From an uncultured Alphaproteobacteria bacterium (GTDB taxonomy: Bacteria; Pseudomonadota; Alphaproteobacteria; Caedimonadales; UBA9215), in NCBI GenBank assembly GCA_963974885.1, contig CAXBEY010000002.1, forward strand, positions 1-59,784: a DNA stretch of 59,784 nucleotides. The letters are read 5' to 3'. Shown here piece by piece: positions 1 through 10,751 of this stretch. Within the stretch, counting starts at the first letter, position 1, and every line of letters begins with the position of its first letter. The notes under the pieces were generated by a model. The model was not told the DNA's origin, did no database searches, and saw nothing but the letters and a program-made list of their open reading frames with translations. The translations under genes were made by a program, and so were the position numbers.

Positions 1-72
1 CTTGTTTACTGTTGCTAATGGGCGGAATCCAGGGCTTAAACGCCTGTTTTAATAAGAGAGAGAAAGTGGTTA

Positions 73-663
73 ATGTTAACATTGCATCTTAAAAATTTGA
101 GGTTTTCCCATGAAAAGGGCGGGAGAACTTTTGACTATGACCACGTGTTCGCGAGTGATAAACCCATCGCTTTGCGGGGAGAAAGTGGCACTGGTAAAAC
201 AACCCTTTTAGAGTTGATTGCGGGTTTTCTAACGCCCCATCATGGAGAGGTTTTTGTGGAAAAGAAAGGCGCAAAAAAGTCTGTTAGGGACCTTTCTTAT
301 TTACGGCAAGAGGCGCCTCTTTTTGAGGGCTTGAGCGTGCAAAAAAATATCGCCTTTAGTCGAGCGTCCTTAAAAGAGATTTATGACATTTCTGAAACTT
401 TAGGGATTTCTAATCTTTTGGAAAAACGGGCAGGGGCGCTTTCTGGAGGGCAAAGTCAACGGGTCTTGTTGGCGCAAACTCTGCTGCAAAAAAGGCCTCT
501 TTTGCTGTTGGATGAACCTTTTAAAGGATTGGATCAAGACAATAAAAATAAGGTCATTTCTTTGATAAAGAAGGCGGCTTCCCGCGAGAATAACATGGTG
601 ATTTTCACGACTCACGACCCGCGGGATGTAGACGCACTTGGGGCACGGGAAATCATTTTATAA
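73..663 (+). CDS. ABC transporter ATP-binding protein (short, ThiQ-like)
   Basis: Walker [13 protein letters not shown] signature LSGGQSQRV, Walker B LLLLDEP. The stretch [11 protein letters not shown] resembles thiamine-importer ThiQ. The substrate cannot be proven from sequence. Confidence 0.8.
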   Translation: MLTLHLKNLRFSHEKGGRTFDYDHVFASDKPIALRGESGTGKTTLLELIAGFLTPHHGEVFVEKKGAKKSVRDLSYLRQEAPLFEGLSVQKNIAFSRASLKEIYDISETLGISNLLEKRAGALSGGQSQRVLLAQTLLQKRPLLLLDEPFKGLDQDNKNKVISLIKKAASRENNMVIFTTHDPRDVDALGAREIIL

Positions 664-1776
664 GGATTGAATCCAGCCGCCACCAAGGACTCTTGATCCT
701 TGATAAAAGACGCAAGCTTGTCCACCGGAAACACCGTATTCAGGTGTCTCAAGGGTAATGACTCCCGTGGCTTTGCCGGTAAATTTGAGGGTTGCTGGAA
801 GGGGCGCTTGGGTGGATCTAATTTTAACAGAAATGTCGTAGGTCTCAGCTTGTTCAGCTTCATAACCCAGCCAAGTCATACTTGCAATATCGATTTCTTT
901 CCGGGCGAGGGCTTCTTTTGGTCCAACGATCACGTCGTGGGTTTCAGGATTTAACCGGATGACATACAAAGCTGATCCATCGGTTGTGGCAATGCCAAGG
1001 CCTCGGCGCTGGCCGATGGTATAGTTAATAATACCCTCATGGCGGCCCAAAATGGCGCCATCAAGATCAAGAATATTACCCGCTTCAAGGGCTCCTGGGC
1101 GGAGTTTCTCTACAATTTTGGCGTAGTTGCCATCGGGTACAAAGCAAATGTCTTGACTGTCAGGCTTGTCCGCAACGGTGAGACCATGGCGATGGGCGTG
1201 GTCTCTCGTTTCGCTTTTGGGCATGCCTCCTAAGGGGAAACGTAAAAAGGTAAGCTGCTCTTTCGTCGTGGAAAAGAGGAAATAGCTTTGATCCCGAGCA
1301 CTGTCATTAGCCCCATGAAGTTCTGGGCCATGCGCGCCATCAAGGCGTTTAACATAGTGCCCCGTTGCCAAACAATCGGCACCAAGATCTTTGGCCATTT
1401 GAAACATGTCGCGGAATTTGACGGTCTCGTTGCATCGCACACAGGGGATGGGGGTTTCGCCTTTAAGGTAAGTATCAGCAAAATCTTCCATGACGGATTC
1501 TTTGAATTTGCTCTCAAAGTTTAAAACATAATGGGGGATACCAATTTTGTCGGCTACGTTTTTAGCATCATAAATATCAATACCAGCACAGCATGCTTTT
1601 TTAGCAACAACTTCTCCATGGTCATAAAGCTGCATGGTCATGCCAATGACATCGTAGCCGGCTTCTTTGAGGAGGGCTGCGGTAACAGAGCTATCAACAC
1701 CACCGGACATGGCAACAACGACCCGGGTCTCAGAGCGTGGTTTGTCAAAGCCAAGGTCTAAATTTAAATCGGTCAT
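658..1776 (-). CDS. mnmA: tRNA 2-thiouridine(34) synthase MnmA
   Basis: PP-loop [13 protein letters not shown], catalytic Cys context PCVRCN, typical length of 372 aa. Starts 6 nt after the rsm22-like stop on the same strand. Confidence 0.95.
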   Translation of the reverse strand: MTDLNLDLGFDKPRSETRVVVAMSGGVDSSVTAALLKEAGYDVIGMTMQLYDHGEVVAKKACCAGIDIYDAKNVADKIGIPHYVLNFESKFKESVMEDFADTYLKGETPIPCVRCNETVKFRDMFQMAKDLGADCLATGHYVKRLDGAHGPELHGANDSARDQSYFLFSTTKEQLTFLRFPLGGMPKSETRDHAHRHGLTVADKPDSQDICFVPDGNYAKIVEKLRPGALEAGNILDLDGAILGRHEGIINYTIGQRRGLGIATTDGSALYVIRLNPETHDVIVGPKEALARKEIDIASMTWLGYEAEQAETYDISVKIRSTQAPLPATLKFTGKATGVITLETPEYGVSGGQACVFYQGSRVLGGGWIQSL

Positions 1777-1782
1777 ACTGAA

Positions 1783-2751
1783 TTACTTTTCACTATCAAG
1801 GCAATCGCCCCATTTTAATTTTTGTGCCTCTTTATAAAGAGCTTTATCTTTTTTCGAGAGCGTTTCTTGTTGTAACCCATTTTCTGTACAAAGGTCAAAT
1901 ATTACGTGGCCAGGACGTTTGCGTGGCTTTTTGATAATGCGGGGAACGGAAGGTGTTTTTTGCACACCTTTGAGCGCAATGAGGTAGGAAAATTTTTCGT
2001 CCTCATAGGGGAGGGTTGCGTCTTTGATGTATTTATGAAGAGTGGTGCGTTCGAGACGTACGGAGAAATGGCACCAGTCATTATCGCTTAAGGGGCAAGC
2101 CTTGTCATGGGGGCAAGGGGCTAGGATATGGGCGCCATAATCGATGAGTTCTTGGCGTCGTTTCTTAAGGCCTTTAAAGGCTTTAGACGTGCCGGGTTCA
2201 ACGATAATGAGGGCAGATTTTGTAGCAAGCCATGCGTTGTGAAGGGTATGACTCGCAGATTTTTCGCTGAGTTCATTCAGGGAATAGGAGAAGATAACTA
2301 AATCGGTGGGAGGGAATTTTGAGACAGTTGAGATGTCTGTTAATTCATAAAGGGGATCAGTGTGATTGGCATTTTTGAGAAACGATTCTGCAAAAATTTT
2401 GAAGTCTTTGTCCTGATCCATGAGGGTGATTTTCTCGAGCTCAGGGAAGATATATTTTGCGCAAATGGAGGCTGTTCCAGGCCCCGCACCCAGATCAAGA
2501 AGGGAGGAAAACTCAAAGTCATATTGGGCAAGGCGACCAAGAACCTCTTCGCAAACGGCATAGGTTGCAGGAACGCGGGTTGCCAGATAGGAGAGGCGTT
2601 GGTGAGTATTTTGAATGCGTCTTTTGAGATTAGCTTTTTCTTGATCGCTATAGGTTTGTGTTAAATGATAGCGCTCGTTTCTCACCGTTAGCTTATTGGT
2701 TGTCTCGAAAGAGTCTTCAAGTGTTTTTAACAGAGAACTGGGAAGGGGCAT
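1783..2751 (-). CDS. Rsm22/METTL17-family SAM-dependent methyltransferase
   Basis: SAM motif LLDLGAGPGTAS, followed by the Cys cluster APCPHDKACPLSDNDWCHF plus a distal Cys (FDLCTENG). 9 nt downstream of iscX. Confidence 0.8.
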   Translation of the reverse strand: MPLPSSLLKTLEDSFETTNKLTVRNERYHLTQTYSDQEKANLKRRIQNTHQRLSYLATRVPATYAVCEEVLGRLAQYDFEFSSLLDLGAGPGTASICAKYIFPELEKITLMDQDKDFKIFAESFLKNANHTDPLYELTDISTVSKFPPTDLVIFSYSLNELSEKSASHTLHNAWLATKSALIIVEPGTSKAFKGLKKRRQELIDYGAHILAPCPHDKACPLSDNDWCHFSVRLERTTLHKYIKDATLPYEDEKFSYLIALKGVQKTPSVPRIIKKPRKRPGHVIFDLCTENGLQQETLSKKDKALYKEAQKLKWGDCLDSEK

Positions 2752-2760
2752 GGTGACTCC

Positions 2761-2961
2761 TTAGTCTCGCTCATCAAGCCAAGCGGCCTGAATGGCTTCT
2801 AGGATTTTTTCACTACTGGTGTTGGGATCATCGCTAAAGGTTTCAAGGTCGAGAACCTTTTGCCATAAATCCGTAAAGGCAATACGCGCAACATCAACAT
2901 GAGGGTGGGCGTCCTCAAGGTCTATGGCAATGTCATAAATATCCACCCACTTAAGTGCCAT
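2761..2961 (-). CDS. iscX: Fe-S assembly protein IscX
   Basis: 66-aa acidic protein (MALKWVDIYDIAIDLEDAHPHVD...) in the canonical position directly after fdx. Confidence 0.8.
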   Translation of the reverse strand: MALKWVDIYDIAIDLEDAHPHVDVARIAFTDLWQKVLDLETFSDDPNTSSEKILEAIQAAWLDERD

Positions 2962-2962
2962 T

Positions 2963-3295
2963 TTAATCTACCATCATGTTGCGTGTGGTCGCGGGAAGAC
3001 GCACAACAATACCGTCAAGTTCAGGGCACATGATGATTTGACAACCAAGGCGTGACGTCCTGGTTAATCCAAAAGCAAGGTCCAGCATATCTTCTTCGTC
3101 TTCTGAGGCTTCTTCAAGTTTATCAAACCACTCTTGATCAACAATCACGTGACAGGTTGAACAGGCAAGAGACCCTTCACAAGCCCCCTCAAGATCAATA
3201 TCGTTTTGATGAGCAATTTCCATGATGGAAAGTCCCTCAGGTGCGTCAATTTCGAGGCGCTTTTCATCAGGGGTAATAAATGTAATTTTTGGCAT
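2963..3295 (-). CDS. fdx: ISC-type [2Fe-2S] ferredoxin
   Basis: Adrenodoxin-type Cys pattern [11 protein letters not shown] plus a distal LGCQI. 110 aa, located between hscA and iscX. Confidence 0.9.
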   Translation of the reverse strand: MPKITFITPDEKRLEIDAPEGLSIMEIAHQNDIDLEGACEGSLACSTCHVIVDQEWFDKLEEASEDEEDMLDLAFGLTRTSRLGCQIIMCPELDGIVVRLPATTRNMMVD

Positions 3296-3318
3296 GGTCT
3301 ATCTTTCCTACTTAAATC

Positions 3319-5136
3319 CTATAAGGCCTTTTCTACAGCACTTAGGGCCTTTCCTTCAAGAGCTTTTTTTATGCTGCGACCCATGCGGCGTTCTGCAAAG
3401 ATTTGAGTGACAGCTTCAAGGGCTTTGGAGCCTTGAACAATTGCCTCCCGTTGATTAGTCTTTAAAGCCTCATCTAAGACATCCATCTGCTCTAAAATGT
3501 CTTCATATTCTGTGTCATTGAGGAGGGCGCGGTCCGAGGCTAAGGCCGGCAAAAGAGACTCTAAGAAGCGATTGGCTTCGACCTTGGATTCCGCCAATAA
3601 ACGAGCGTGAACGTCTTCTTCTGCATTTTCAAGGCTAGCCATAATCATGGTGCGCATCTCATCTTCCCCTAAACCATAGGCGGGCTTGACTTCAATATGT
3701 TGTGAAATACCCGTAGTTTCTTCCCTGGCACTCACCGTTAAAAGGCCATCGCTATCCACTTGGAAGGTGACCTCAATGCGGGCAGCACCCGCCACCATGG
3801 GGGGGATGCCGGTGAGTTTAAACTGGGCAAGGGAACGGCAGTGGATGGCCATGTCCCGTTCCCCTTGAACCACATGGAGCAAGAGTCCTGTTTGCCCATC
3901 TTTGTAGGTGGTAAAGTTTTTGGCTTTGCGAATAGGGAGGGGAGAGTTGCGCTCAATGAGGGAATCAACCATACCGCCCATAATTTCAAGACCAAGGGAA
4001 AGGGGCGTGACATCCATCAAAAGAGTATCCGAGCCATGGGTGAGGGCATGGGCTTGGAGAGCAGCCCCTTGGGCCACAATTGTTAGGGGATCAGTGTTTG
4101 TTAAAACCGGTTGTTGGAAAAGTTTTTCAACGTTGCGGCGTACGAGAGGAATGCGGGTGGACCCCCCAACCATAACGATGCCTTGAATAGGGTTAAGGTC
4201 GATATTCGCATAGGTTAAGGTCTCACGGCACACCGTCAAAGCGCGCTCAACAAGAGGCTGTGCAAGGGTCTCAAAATCCTGGCGAGACAGGACATGCTTG
4301 TGATTTCCAAGGGTGATGGTGACAGCATCTTGGGTGCTTAACTCTTCTTTGGCGCCTTTAATAATTTGCAAAGCCTGTCTGAAATCAAAACCCTTTAGGG
4401 GAAGACTTTTCAACAAAGCCTGGTCAAAATCATCTCCCCCAAGGTGGGCGTCCCCATTGGAGGCAATAACTTGAAACACACCTTTTTGTAACTTTAAAAG
4501 AGAAAAGTCAAAGGTGCCTCCCCCCAGATCAAAAACGGCATAAAGGCCTTCTGATCCTTGGTCAAGACCATAGGCGAGGGCAGCGGCCGTTGGCTCATTC
4601 ACAAGGCGCAACACCTCGAGTCCGGCAAGTCGCGCGGCATTTTTGGTGGCGGCCCTCGCACCATCGTCAAAGTAGGCAGGTACGGTGATCACCGCGTGAG
4701 TCACCGATTCTTTGAGGGCTTTTTCGGCTTGTTTTTTGAGCTCTTTTAAAATATCGCTGGAAATTTCAAGGGGAGAAAGATGTTGCCCTTTGATATCGAG
4801 GGTTAAGGCCCCTTTAGCATCCTTTGAAAGGGGATACACCTTTTCATCCACCGTCCCTTTGATATCGCTCAAACTCTTTCCCATGAGGCGCTTGATAGAG
4901 GTGATAACGCACTGGGGCGTCTCTTTAAGATCACAGAGCGCGCGCTCTCCCACAAGGGGAGTATCGCCCTTATAAGAGACAACAGACGGGAGGATATCTG
5001 ATAGGATGCGCACCTCTTCAGTGCCTTTTTTATAGGCGGCTAAAGAGTGAGTGGTTCCTAAATCAATACCAATGGCAACGGGAATTTTGCTTGGCTTTGG
5101 AGAGGATTGGTTGGGTTCTTTAAGCTGTAGAAGCAT
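3319..5136 (-). CDS. hscA: Fe-S cluster assembly chaperone HscA (Hsp70 family)
   Basis: Hsp70 motifs [26 protein letters not shown]. 605 aa, overlaps the hscB stop by 17 nt. Confidence 0.95.
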   Translation of the reverse strand: MLLQLKEPNQSSPKPSKIPVAIGIDLGTTHSLAAYKKGTEEVRILSDILPSVVSYKGDTPLVGERALCDLKETPQCVITSIKRLMGKSLSDIKGTVDEKVYPLSKDAKGALTLDIKGQHLSPLEISSDILKELKKQAEKALKESVTHAVITVPAYFDDGARAATKNAARLAGLEVLRLVNEPTAAALAYGLDQGSEGLYAVFDLGGGTFDFSLLKLQKGVFQVIASNGDAHLGGDDFDQALLKSLPLKGFDFRQALQIIKGAKEELSTQDAVTITLGNHKHVLSRQDFETLAQPLVERALTVCRETLTYANIDLNPIQGIVMVGGSTRIPLVRRNVEKLFQQPVLTNTDPLTIVAQGAALQAHALTHGSDTLLMDVTPLSLGLEIMGGMVDSLIERNSPLPIRKAKNFTTYKDGQTGLLLHVVQGERDMAIHCRSLAQFKLTGIPPMVAGAARIEVTFQVDSDGLLTVSAREETTGISQHIEVKPAYGLGEDEMRTMIMASLENAEEDVHARLLAESKVEANRFLESLLPALASDRALLNDTEYEDILEQMDVLDEALKTNQREAIVQGSKALEAVTQIFAERRMGRSIKKALEGKALSAVEKAL

Positions 5137-5656
5137 TGTCTTTTAACTTTTCACTTAACTGTGTTTTGGCATCGCTCATGAGTTTATCGTAATAGCGATA
5201 GCGGTATAAATTTAAACGCGCTTGGGTAAGATTTCTATGGTCAAAATCCTTTTCAACCTTAAGAAGAATCGAGGCTTTTTTAGCTTGCCCCGTCTCTAAA
5301 AGAGGTTCGATATCTTGAGGCGTTTTCGCCAAGGAAAGAGCCTCTTGGTTTTCATAGGCTTCAAGCAAAAGGTCAGGGTCTTTGACTGTTTTGTCTTGGT
5401 CAGTTTCCCCATTGGGATCAAGAAGCTTGAGAAGGTAATACCCTCGCTTTAAGGGGGTCTTGAGGGTCTCATAGGCTTCATTGATTTGAGCTGTCAAAAG
5501 GGTTGCTTCTAACTTCTCTCGGGAACTCCCTTGGGACACAACATCGGGATGAAACTGTTGGTTGAGTTTACGGTAAAAAGCCTCAAGGCGCTCAAGGTCA
5601 ACACTGAAAGCGGGGGATAAATCAAACAAGTCAAAATGGTTTTTATCTTTAAACAT
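5120..5656 (-). CDS. hscB: Fe-S co-chaperone HscB (J-domain)
   Basis: J-domain HPD motif (QQFHPDV) and a helical C-terminal domain. Start set at ATG 5656 ([11 protein letters not shown]), 4 nt after the iscA stop. The longer ORF to 5692 would overlap iscA by 44 nt. Confidence 0.85.
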   Translation of the reverse strand: MFKDKNHFDLFDLSPAFSVDLERLEAFYRKLNQQFHPDVVSQGSSREKLEATLLTAQINEAYETLKTPLKRGYYLLKLLDPNGETDQDKTVKDPDLLLEAYENQEALSLAKTPQDIEPLLETGQAKKASILLKVEKDFDHRNLTQARLNLYRYRYYDKLMSDAKTQLSEKLKDNASTA

Positions 5657-5990
5657 GGAAAGATTCTCCACAACCACAACGACCTTTTTCATTGGGGTTC
5701 ATAAAGGAAAAACCAGACTCAAGTTTGTCTTCTTTGTAATCCATTTCCGTTCCAATAACAAAGAGAACAGCTTTCGGGTCGATGAAGATGCGAAGGTCGT
5801 CCACCTTGACAATTTCGTCCAAAGGATTCATTTCATCGGCATATTCCAGGGTATAGGAATTCCCAGAGCAGCCCCGTTGGCGCACGCCAATTCGGATGCC
5901 AAGGGAGGGTTTCCCACGGCCCTCGAGAAGAACTTTTATTTGATTCCGCGCAGGCTCTGTTACGGTGAAAATAGATTTGGTTTGTGTCAT
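5649..5990 (-). CDS. iscA: A-type Fe-S carrier IscA
   Basis: RGCSG and C-terminal CGCGESF Cys ligand motifs. Start set at ATG 5990 (MTQTKSIF), 10 nt after the iscU stop. The ORF-track extension to 6071 overlaps iscU. Confidence 0.9.
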   Translation of the reverse strand: MTQTKSIFTVTEPARNQIKVLLEGRGKPSLGIRIGVRQRGCSGNSYTLEYADEMNPLDEIVKVDDLRIFIDPKAVLFVIGTEMDYKEDKLESGFSFMNPNEKGRCGCGESFHV

Positions 5991-6000
5991 TGTTTTACTC

Positions 6001-6405
6001 TCAAGCAGCGTGCTCAGAATCCTTTTCTGTTTGTTTATTTTTGTAATCTTGAATGGCTTCACGAATAGCATCTTCTGCCAAAACCGAACAGTGAATTTTC
6101 ACAGGGGGCAAGCAAAGCTCTTCAGCAATATCAGAATTCTTAAGCAGAGCGGCATCATCAAGGCTCTTGCCTTTGATCCATTCTGTCACAAGGGAACTAG
6201 AGGCAATGGCGGACAAACATCCAAATGTTTTGAATTTTGCTTCTTCAATGATCCCGTCATCTCTTACTTGAATTTGAAGTTTCATCACATCACCACAAGC
6301 AGGCGCACCCACAAGGCCTGTGCCAACGGTTGTACTTTCTTTATCAAGGGACCCAACGTTGCGCGGGTTCTCAAAATGATCAATTACTTTTTTATCATAT
6401 GCCAT
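6001..6405 (-). CDS. iscU: Fe-S scaffold IscU
   Basis: GAPACGDVMKL, FKTFGC and HCSVLAEDA Cys ligands, plus the LPPVK HscA-binding motif. Confidence 0.95.
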   Translation of the reverse strand: MAYDKKVIDHFENPRNVGSLDKESTTVGTGLVGAPACGDVMKLQIQVRDDGIIEEAKFKTFGCLSAIASSSLVTEWIKGKSLDDAALLKNSDIAEELCLPPVKIHCSVLAEDAIREAIQDYKNKQTEKDSEHAA

Positions 6406-6440
6406 TTTTTTATGGTCCTTATGTTTTTGAAATTAGATTT

Positions 6441-7667
6441 TTAGTGGCCAGCCCACTGTATTTTTGTTATATCAATTCCTTCTTGAACCATCTCCCAAAG
6501 GGGGCTTAATTCACGGAGTTTTTTAACGGCTCGGATGATTTTTTGGGTCGTGTAGGTAATTTCCGCTTGGGTTGTAAAGCGGCCAAATCCAATGCGTAAA
6601 GACGTATGAGCTAGCTCAACACTTACCCCAAGAGCTCGTAAAACATAGGAGGGTTCAAGGGAGGCAGATGTACAAGCAGATCCCGATGAAAGGGCAATGT
6701 TGCTGAGATGACCCAAGAGGCTTTCTCCCTCAACATAGGCAAAGCTCAGGTTGAGATTCCCATAAAAGCGGTGGTCTTTATCTCCGTTCAGATAAACATC
6801 GGGGAGCTCTTTTGTTAGGGTGCTATACATCTCGTTCCAGAAAGCCTTGAACTTTTGGTTATCCCACTCCATTTCTTCTTTTGAAAGGGCGCAGGCCTCT
6901 CCAAACCCAACACAAAGAGCAGGAGAAAGCGTGCCGGAACGCATGCCGCGTTCTTGGCCGCCTCCATTCATTTGGGCAATGACACGCACCCGTGGCTTAC
7001 GACGCACATAAAGGGCGCCAATACCTTTGGGACCATATAGTTTGTGGCTAGAAATGCTGAGAAGATCGATGTTCATCTCATTCACATCTATCTCTATTTT
7101 CCCCGCCGCTTGTGCGGCATCCGTATGAAAAAAGACACCTTTACTGCGACAAAGCTCGCCAATTTTCTTCAAGGGTTGAATAACGCCAATTTCATTGTTA
7201 ATGGCCATAATAGAAACAAGAGCTGTTTTATCGGTGATGGCTTTTTCAAGGGTGGTTAGGTCAATAAGGCCATTTTCTTGCACAGGAAGATAGGTCACTT
7301 TAAACCCTTTTTGTTCCAAATGACGGCAGGTATCCAGGATACATTTATGTTCTGTGACACAAGTGATAATGTGATTTTTTTCATCGCCATAAAAATCCAT
7401 AACACCTTTTAAGGCCAAGTTATTGGACTCCGTTGCCCCAGAGGTAAAAACGATTTCCTTAGGATTAGCAGAAATTAAGTCAGCAATTTGGGCGCGCGCA
7501 TCTTCACAAGCTTTTTCGGCGGTCCAACCAATGGCATGGTTTCTTGAATGAGGGTTGCCATAATGTTCACTAAAATAGGGAAGCATTTTTTCGAGGGCAC
7601 GTGGATCACAAGGTGTTGTGGCCTGGTAATCTAAATAAATCATACGCGGTTCTTTTTCTATAGTCAT
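6441..7667 (-). CDS. iscS: cysteine desulfurase IscS
   Basis: PLP-Lys motif [12 protein letters not shown] and active-site loop SSGSACTS. Start set at ATG 7667 ([19 protein letters not shown]), 2 nt after the upstream stop. Confidence 0.95.
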   Translation of the reverse strand: MTIEKEPRMIYLDYQATTPCDPRALEKMLPYFSEHYGNPHSRNHAIGWTAEKACEDARAQIADLISANPKEIVFTSGATESNNLALKGVMDFYGDEKNHIITCVTEHKCILDTCRHLEQKGFKVTYLPVQENGLIDLTTLEKAITDKTALVSIMAINNEIGVIQPLKKIGELCRSKGVFFHTDAAQAAGKIEIDVNEMNIDLLSISSHKLYGPKGIGALYVRRKPRVRVIAQMNGGGQERGMRSGTLSPALCVGFGEACALSKEEMEWDNQKFKAFWNEMYSTLTKELPDVYLNGDKDHRFYGNLNLSFAYVEGESLLGHLSNIALSSGSACTSASLEPSYVLRALGVSVELAHTSLRIGFGRFTTQAEITYTTQKIIRAVKKLRELSPLWEMVQEGIDITKIQWAGH

Positions 7668-7669
7668 GG

Positions 7670-8812
7670 TTATGAAACTCTTTTTTCTAAAGTGGATGTG
7701 GCTCTGTTGTAAATGCTTTTCCATAGTGTGAAAAAACGGTCGGTCTCTTTTTGTGTTGCTGTAGGCCCCATGGAAACCCGGATGGTTTCAAGGGCTTTTG
7801 TTGGCGTCACGCGCATGGCGCTTAAAACCGGCGAGGGGGAAATTTTTCCCGAAGAGCAAGCGGACCCAGCACTCACGGCAATACCCTCAAGATCAAAGGC
7901 CATAAGCTGGGTCATGTTTGGCACACCGGGCATATGAATAGAGCTTGTGTTAGCAACACGGGGCGCGTCCTTTGCCCAGATTGTTGCCTTGGGGCAGAAG
8001 TCTAAAATATTTTTCTCAAGGGCGTTGCGAAGGGACTCAACAGTGCTCCAGTCTTGATTGCGGGCAATATCAAGGGCTGCGCCAAAGGCGGCAGCACCAA
8101 GGGTGTTTGAGGTGCCGGAGCGCTTCTCTTTTTCTTGACCGCCCCCTAAGATAAGAGGTGTGTAAGGAGACTTTGCCTTAACATAAAGGGCGCCAAAACC
8201 TGTGCATCCTCCAATCTTATGGCCGGAAAAAGTCATGTAGTCGACGGGGTAGAGATCTAGGGTAACAGGAATGCGCCCAAGGGCTTGCACCGCGTCACTG
8301 TGCACATAGGCATTATGTTTTTTTGCGATTTTAATAACATCTTGGAGGGGTTGAATGACGCCGGTTTCATTATTGACCAGCATAACTGATACAAGAATAG
8401 GACGGCTTTGATCGCACTGTGAGAGGGCCTCATTAAGCCAGTTGAGGTCAATAATACCGTTTTGATCAACGGGAATATGTTGGGCCTTTTTGCCTATCGT
8501 GCGAACACAAGCGTGCTCAATGGCAGAGACAAAAAGGGCGGCTCCTTGGTTTTCAAAGGTTTTTAAAATGGTGTTGTTGCCCTCTGTGCCCCCACTATTA
8601 AAAACAATTGCATCGGGATATTCAATCCCAAGGGTCTCAGTAAGGACTTGCCGTGCTGATTCAAGCTTTTGGCGCATTTGTCGGCCGAACAGATGGGGGG
8701 AGGCGGGATTTCCCACCCTATCCATAACGTCTAGCATGGCTTGCTTTGCCTCGCGCCGTAAAGGAGCCGTTGCGTTATAATCAAAAAAGAGAGGGGAATG
8801 ATCAAGAGGCAT
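7670..8812 (-). CDS. second cysteine desulfurase (NifS/IscS-like paralogue)
   Basis: Class V aminotransferase with PLP-Lys motif FSGHKIGG and Cys loop SAGSACSSG. 380 aa, between iscR and iscS. Confidence 0.9.
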   Translation of the reverse strand: MPLDHSPLFFDYNATAPLRREAKQAMLDVMDRVGNPASPHLFGRQMRQKLESARQVLTETLGIEYPDAIVFNSGGTEGNNTILKTFENQGAALFVSAIEHACVRTIGKKAQHIPVDQNGIIDLNWLNEALSQCDQSRPILVSVMLVNNETGVIQPLQDVIKIAKKHNAYVHSDAVQALGRIPVTLDLYPVDYMTFSGHKIGGCTGFGALYVKAKSPYTPLILGGGQEKEKRSGTSNTLGAAAFGAALDIARNQDWSTVESLRNALEKNILDFCPKATIWAKDAPRVANTSSIHMPGVPNMTQLMAFDLEGIAVSAGSACSSGKISPSPVLSAMRVTPTKALETIRVSMGPTATQKETDRFFTLWKSIYNRATSTLEKRVS

Positions 8813-9326
8813 TTTTCATATTTCCGTCTTGTTTGGCTTCTTGTTTAATAGGGCTCTTTGGGGTTGTCTCTTGGGGCCTTGTCATAACCGTAAAAGGCAT
8901 TGGGCGTTGCGTCATGACATCGTTTAGAGTCACAGAAGTAAGGTAAGCGCGAATGCTGGTTTCCAATCCCACCCAAAGGGGGTGCGCAAGGCATTTTGAT
9001 TGTTTACCTTGGCAGCCAAGCTGAGAATTCGGATCACATTTTGTTGATTTAATGGGCTCCTCAACGGCATCAACAATCTGAGATATACACAGGTCCGTTG
9101 GGGGAATTGCTAAAAAATATCCACCATTTTGACCGCGAACGCTTTGAACAACGCCGGATTTTCTAAGTTTGCTAAAAAGCTGTTCTAAGTATTGTTGAGA
9201 GATGTTTTGGCGCTGTGAGATATCTATTAAAGAAATAGGCTTCATTTTCCCCTTAATTTTCTTGCCATGTAGGGCAAGATCAACAAGGGCTAAAACGGCA
9301 TAGCGGGCTTTTGTGCTGAGTTTCAT
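8802..9326 (-). CDS. iscR: Rrf2-family Fe-S regulator IscR
   Basis: N-terminal wHTH (MKLSTKARYAVLALVDLA) and a C-x7-C-x6-C-x2-H cluster-ligand pattern (KCDPNSQLGCQGKQSKCLAH). First gene of the isc run. Confidence 0.85.
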   Translation of the reverse strand: MKLSTKARYAVLALVDLALHGKKIKGKMKPISLIDISQRQNISQQYLEQLFSKLRKSGVVQSVRGQNGGYFLAIPPTDLCISQIVDAVEEPIKSTKCDPNSQLGCQGKQSKCLAHPLWVGLETSIRAYLTSVTLNDVMTQRPMPFTVMTRPQETTPKSPIKQEAKQDGNMKNAS

Positions 9327-9359
9327 GGAAAAATATACCTCTATATGCTAGCAGTATAG

Positions 9360-9384
9360 TATCCCGAGTGGAATAGTCAAGATT
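9360..9384. promoter_or_regulatory. putative IscR type-1-like operator in the iscR / trhO divergent promoter region
   Basis: tatcccGAGTggaatAGTCaagatt resembles the remembered consensus ATASYYGACTRWWWYAGTCRRSTAT, with several mismatches. A GCTAGC-centred imperfect palindrome lies just upstream (9341-9359). Confidence 0.3.
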
Positions 9385-9498
9385 AAATAGGGGGAATCTA
9401 TTATCTTATTAATGATCCTACAGGAAAAAGCGTGCAATGGTCGAGTATTTTTGCTAAAAAGGGGGTGAAATAATACTTTTATATTAAAGGAGTTAAAA

Positions 9499-10410
9499 GT
9501 GTCCTCTGAAATCGTTGTTGCAGCCCTTTATAAATTTGTTTCCCTTGAAGATTTTAAGGAAATTCAGCCCTGTTTGCTTGAAAAATGCCAAGAAGTCGGC
9601 GCCAAGGGGACGTTACTTTTGGCCCGTGAAGGCATCAACGGCACCATTGCGGGCTCCCGCCAGGCCATCGATCAAGTGCTTGATTATTTGCGTTCAGATA
9701 AGCGTCTGGCCGATTTGGATTGGAAAGAATCCTATTGTGATGAGAATCCTTTTTACCGCATGAAAGTACGTTTGAAAAAAGAGATCGTTACCTTGGGCAT
9801 TCCCACCGTTGACCCAAATCGGGTTGTGGGAACCTATGTGAATCCGCAGGATTGGAATGATCTTATTTCAGATCCCGAGACGACTGTTGTGGATACGCGG
9901 AATGATTACGAGTATGAAATTGGGACGTTTAAAGGGGCGCACGACCCGCAGACAGAAACTTTTCGCGAATTTCCTGATTATATTAAAAAAAATCTCGATC
10001 CCAAAAAACATAAGAAAGTGGCTATGTTTTGCACCGGCGGCATTCGCTGTGAAAAAGCTTCAGCCTATATGTTGGATGAGGGATTTGAAGAGGTGTATCA
10101 CCTAAAAGGTGGCATCCTAAAATACTTGGAAGAAGTCCCTAAAGAAGAAAGCCTATGGGAAGGGGATTGCTTTGTGTTTGATGGTCGGGTTGGCGTGACC
10201 CATGGCCTTGAAGTCAGTGACTATGACCAATGTTATGGCTGCCGTCACCCCATTACCCAAGAAGAGAAAGACTCTGAAAAGTATATGCTGGGTGTTTGTT
10301 GTCCCAAGTGTTTTGATAAAACAACGGACGATCAGAAAAAGCGTTTTGCCGACCGTCAATATCAAATGAAACTGGCAAAAGAACGGGGCGAAAAACACAT
10401 CGCCCGCTAA
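9499..10410 (+). CDS. trhO: rhodanese-domain tRNA uridine(34) hydroxylase TrhO (YceA/UPF0176)
   Basis: Rhodanese active-site loop [10 protein letters not shown] and a C-terminal Cys4 cluster (CYGC...CCPKC). GTG start preceded by AAGGAG. Confidence 0.85.
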   Translation: MSSEIVVAALYKFVSLEDFKEIQPCLLEKCQEVGAKGTLLLAREGINGTIAGSRQAIDQVLDYLRSDKRLADLDWKESYCDENPFYRMKVRLKKEIVTLGIPTVDPNRVVGTYVNPQDWNDLISDPETTVVDTRNDYEYEIGTFKGAHDPQTETFREFPDYIKKNLDPKKHKKVAMFCTGGIRCEKASAYMLDEGFEEVYHLKGGILKYLEEVPKEESLWEGDCFVFDGRVGVTHGLEVSDYDQCYGCRHPITQEEKDSEKYMLGVCCPKCFDKTTDDQKKRFADRQYQMKLAKERGEKHIAR

Positions 10411-10585
10411 ATATAGCCTTCCCCCAAAACCCTCTTTGAAAAAATTATGAAAAAGCGTGACCCGTGGTTAGAAAACCGTGGAGAAAATCCCATACCAACT
10501 CAGGTGCTTTTTTCTTAATTTTTCAAAAAGCCGAAATACATCTTGCATTAAAAAGAACGGTGGGTTATAAAGCATTATTCCTTGG

Positions 10586-10662
<77 letters not shown>

Positions 10663-10751
10663 AAGAGATTAAAAAAGTAAAGAAGCTCAAAGGCATTGTC
10701 TTTTGGGTCTTTTTTGTGCTAAAAATAAGGAAAAAAATAGGAGGCTCTCTT

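Noticed and set aside
1-72. Possible 3' end of an upstream gene (for example an ABC permease) before the ATPase gene.
   Set aside because: Two frames are open over these few codons (LFTVANGRNPGLKRLF-stop ending at 52, and a frame running into the next gene). There is too little sequence to choose a frame or assign a product.
5657-5692. Longer N-terminal extensions suggested by the ORF track for hscB, iscA, iscS, hemC, sucA, bolA, the SDR gene and the FliJ-like gene.
   Set aside because: In each case the extension overlaps the upstream gene or a divergent promoter. An internal ATG also gives an N-terminus matching the family. I used the shorter coordinates, but the starts remain unverified.
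5655-6444. Plus-strand ORFs of 137 and 159 aa (5655-6068 and 5965-6444) opposite iscA and iscU.
   Set aside because: They are antisense shadows of strongly motif-supported genes. Their translations are low-complexity and Phe/Ile-rich with no motifs.
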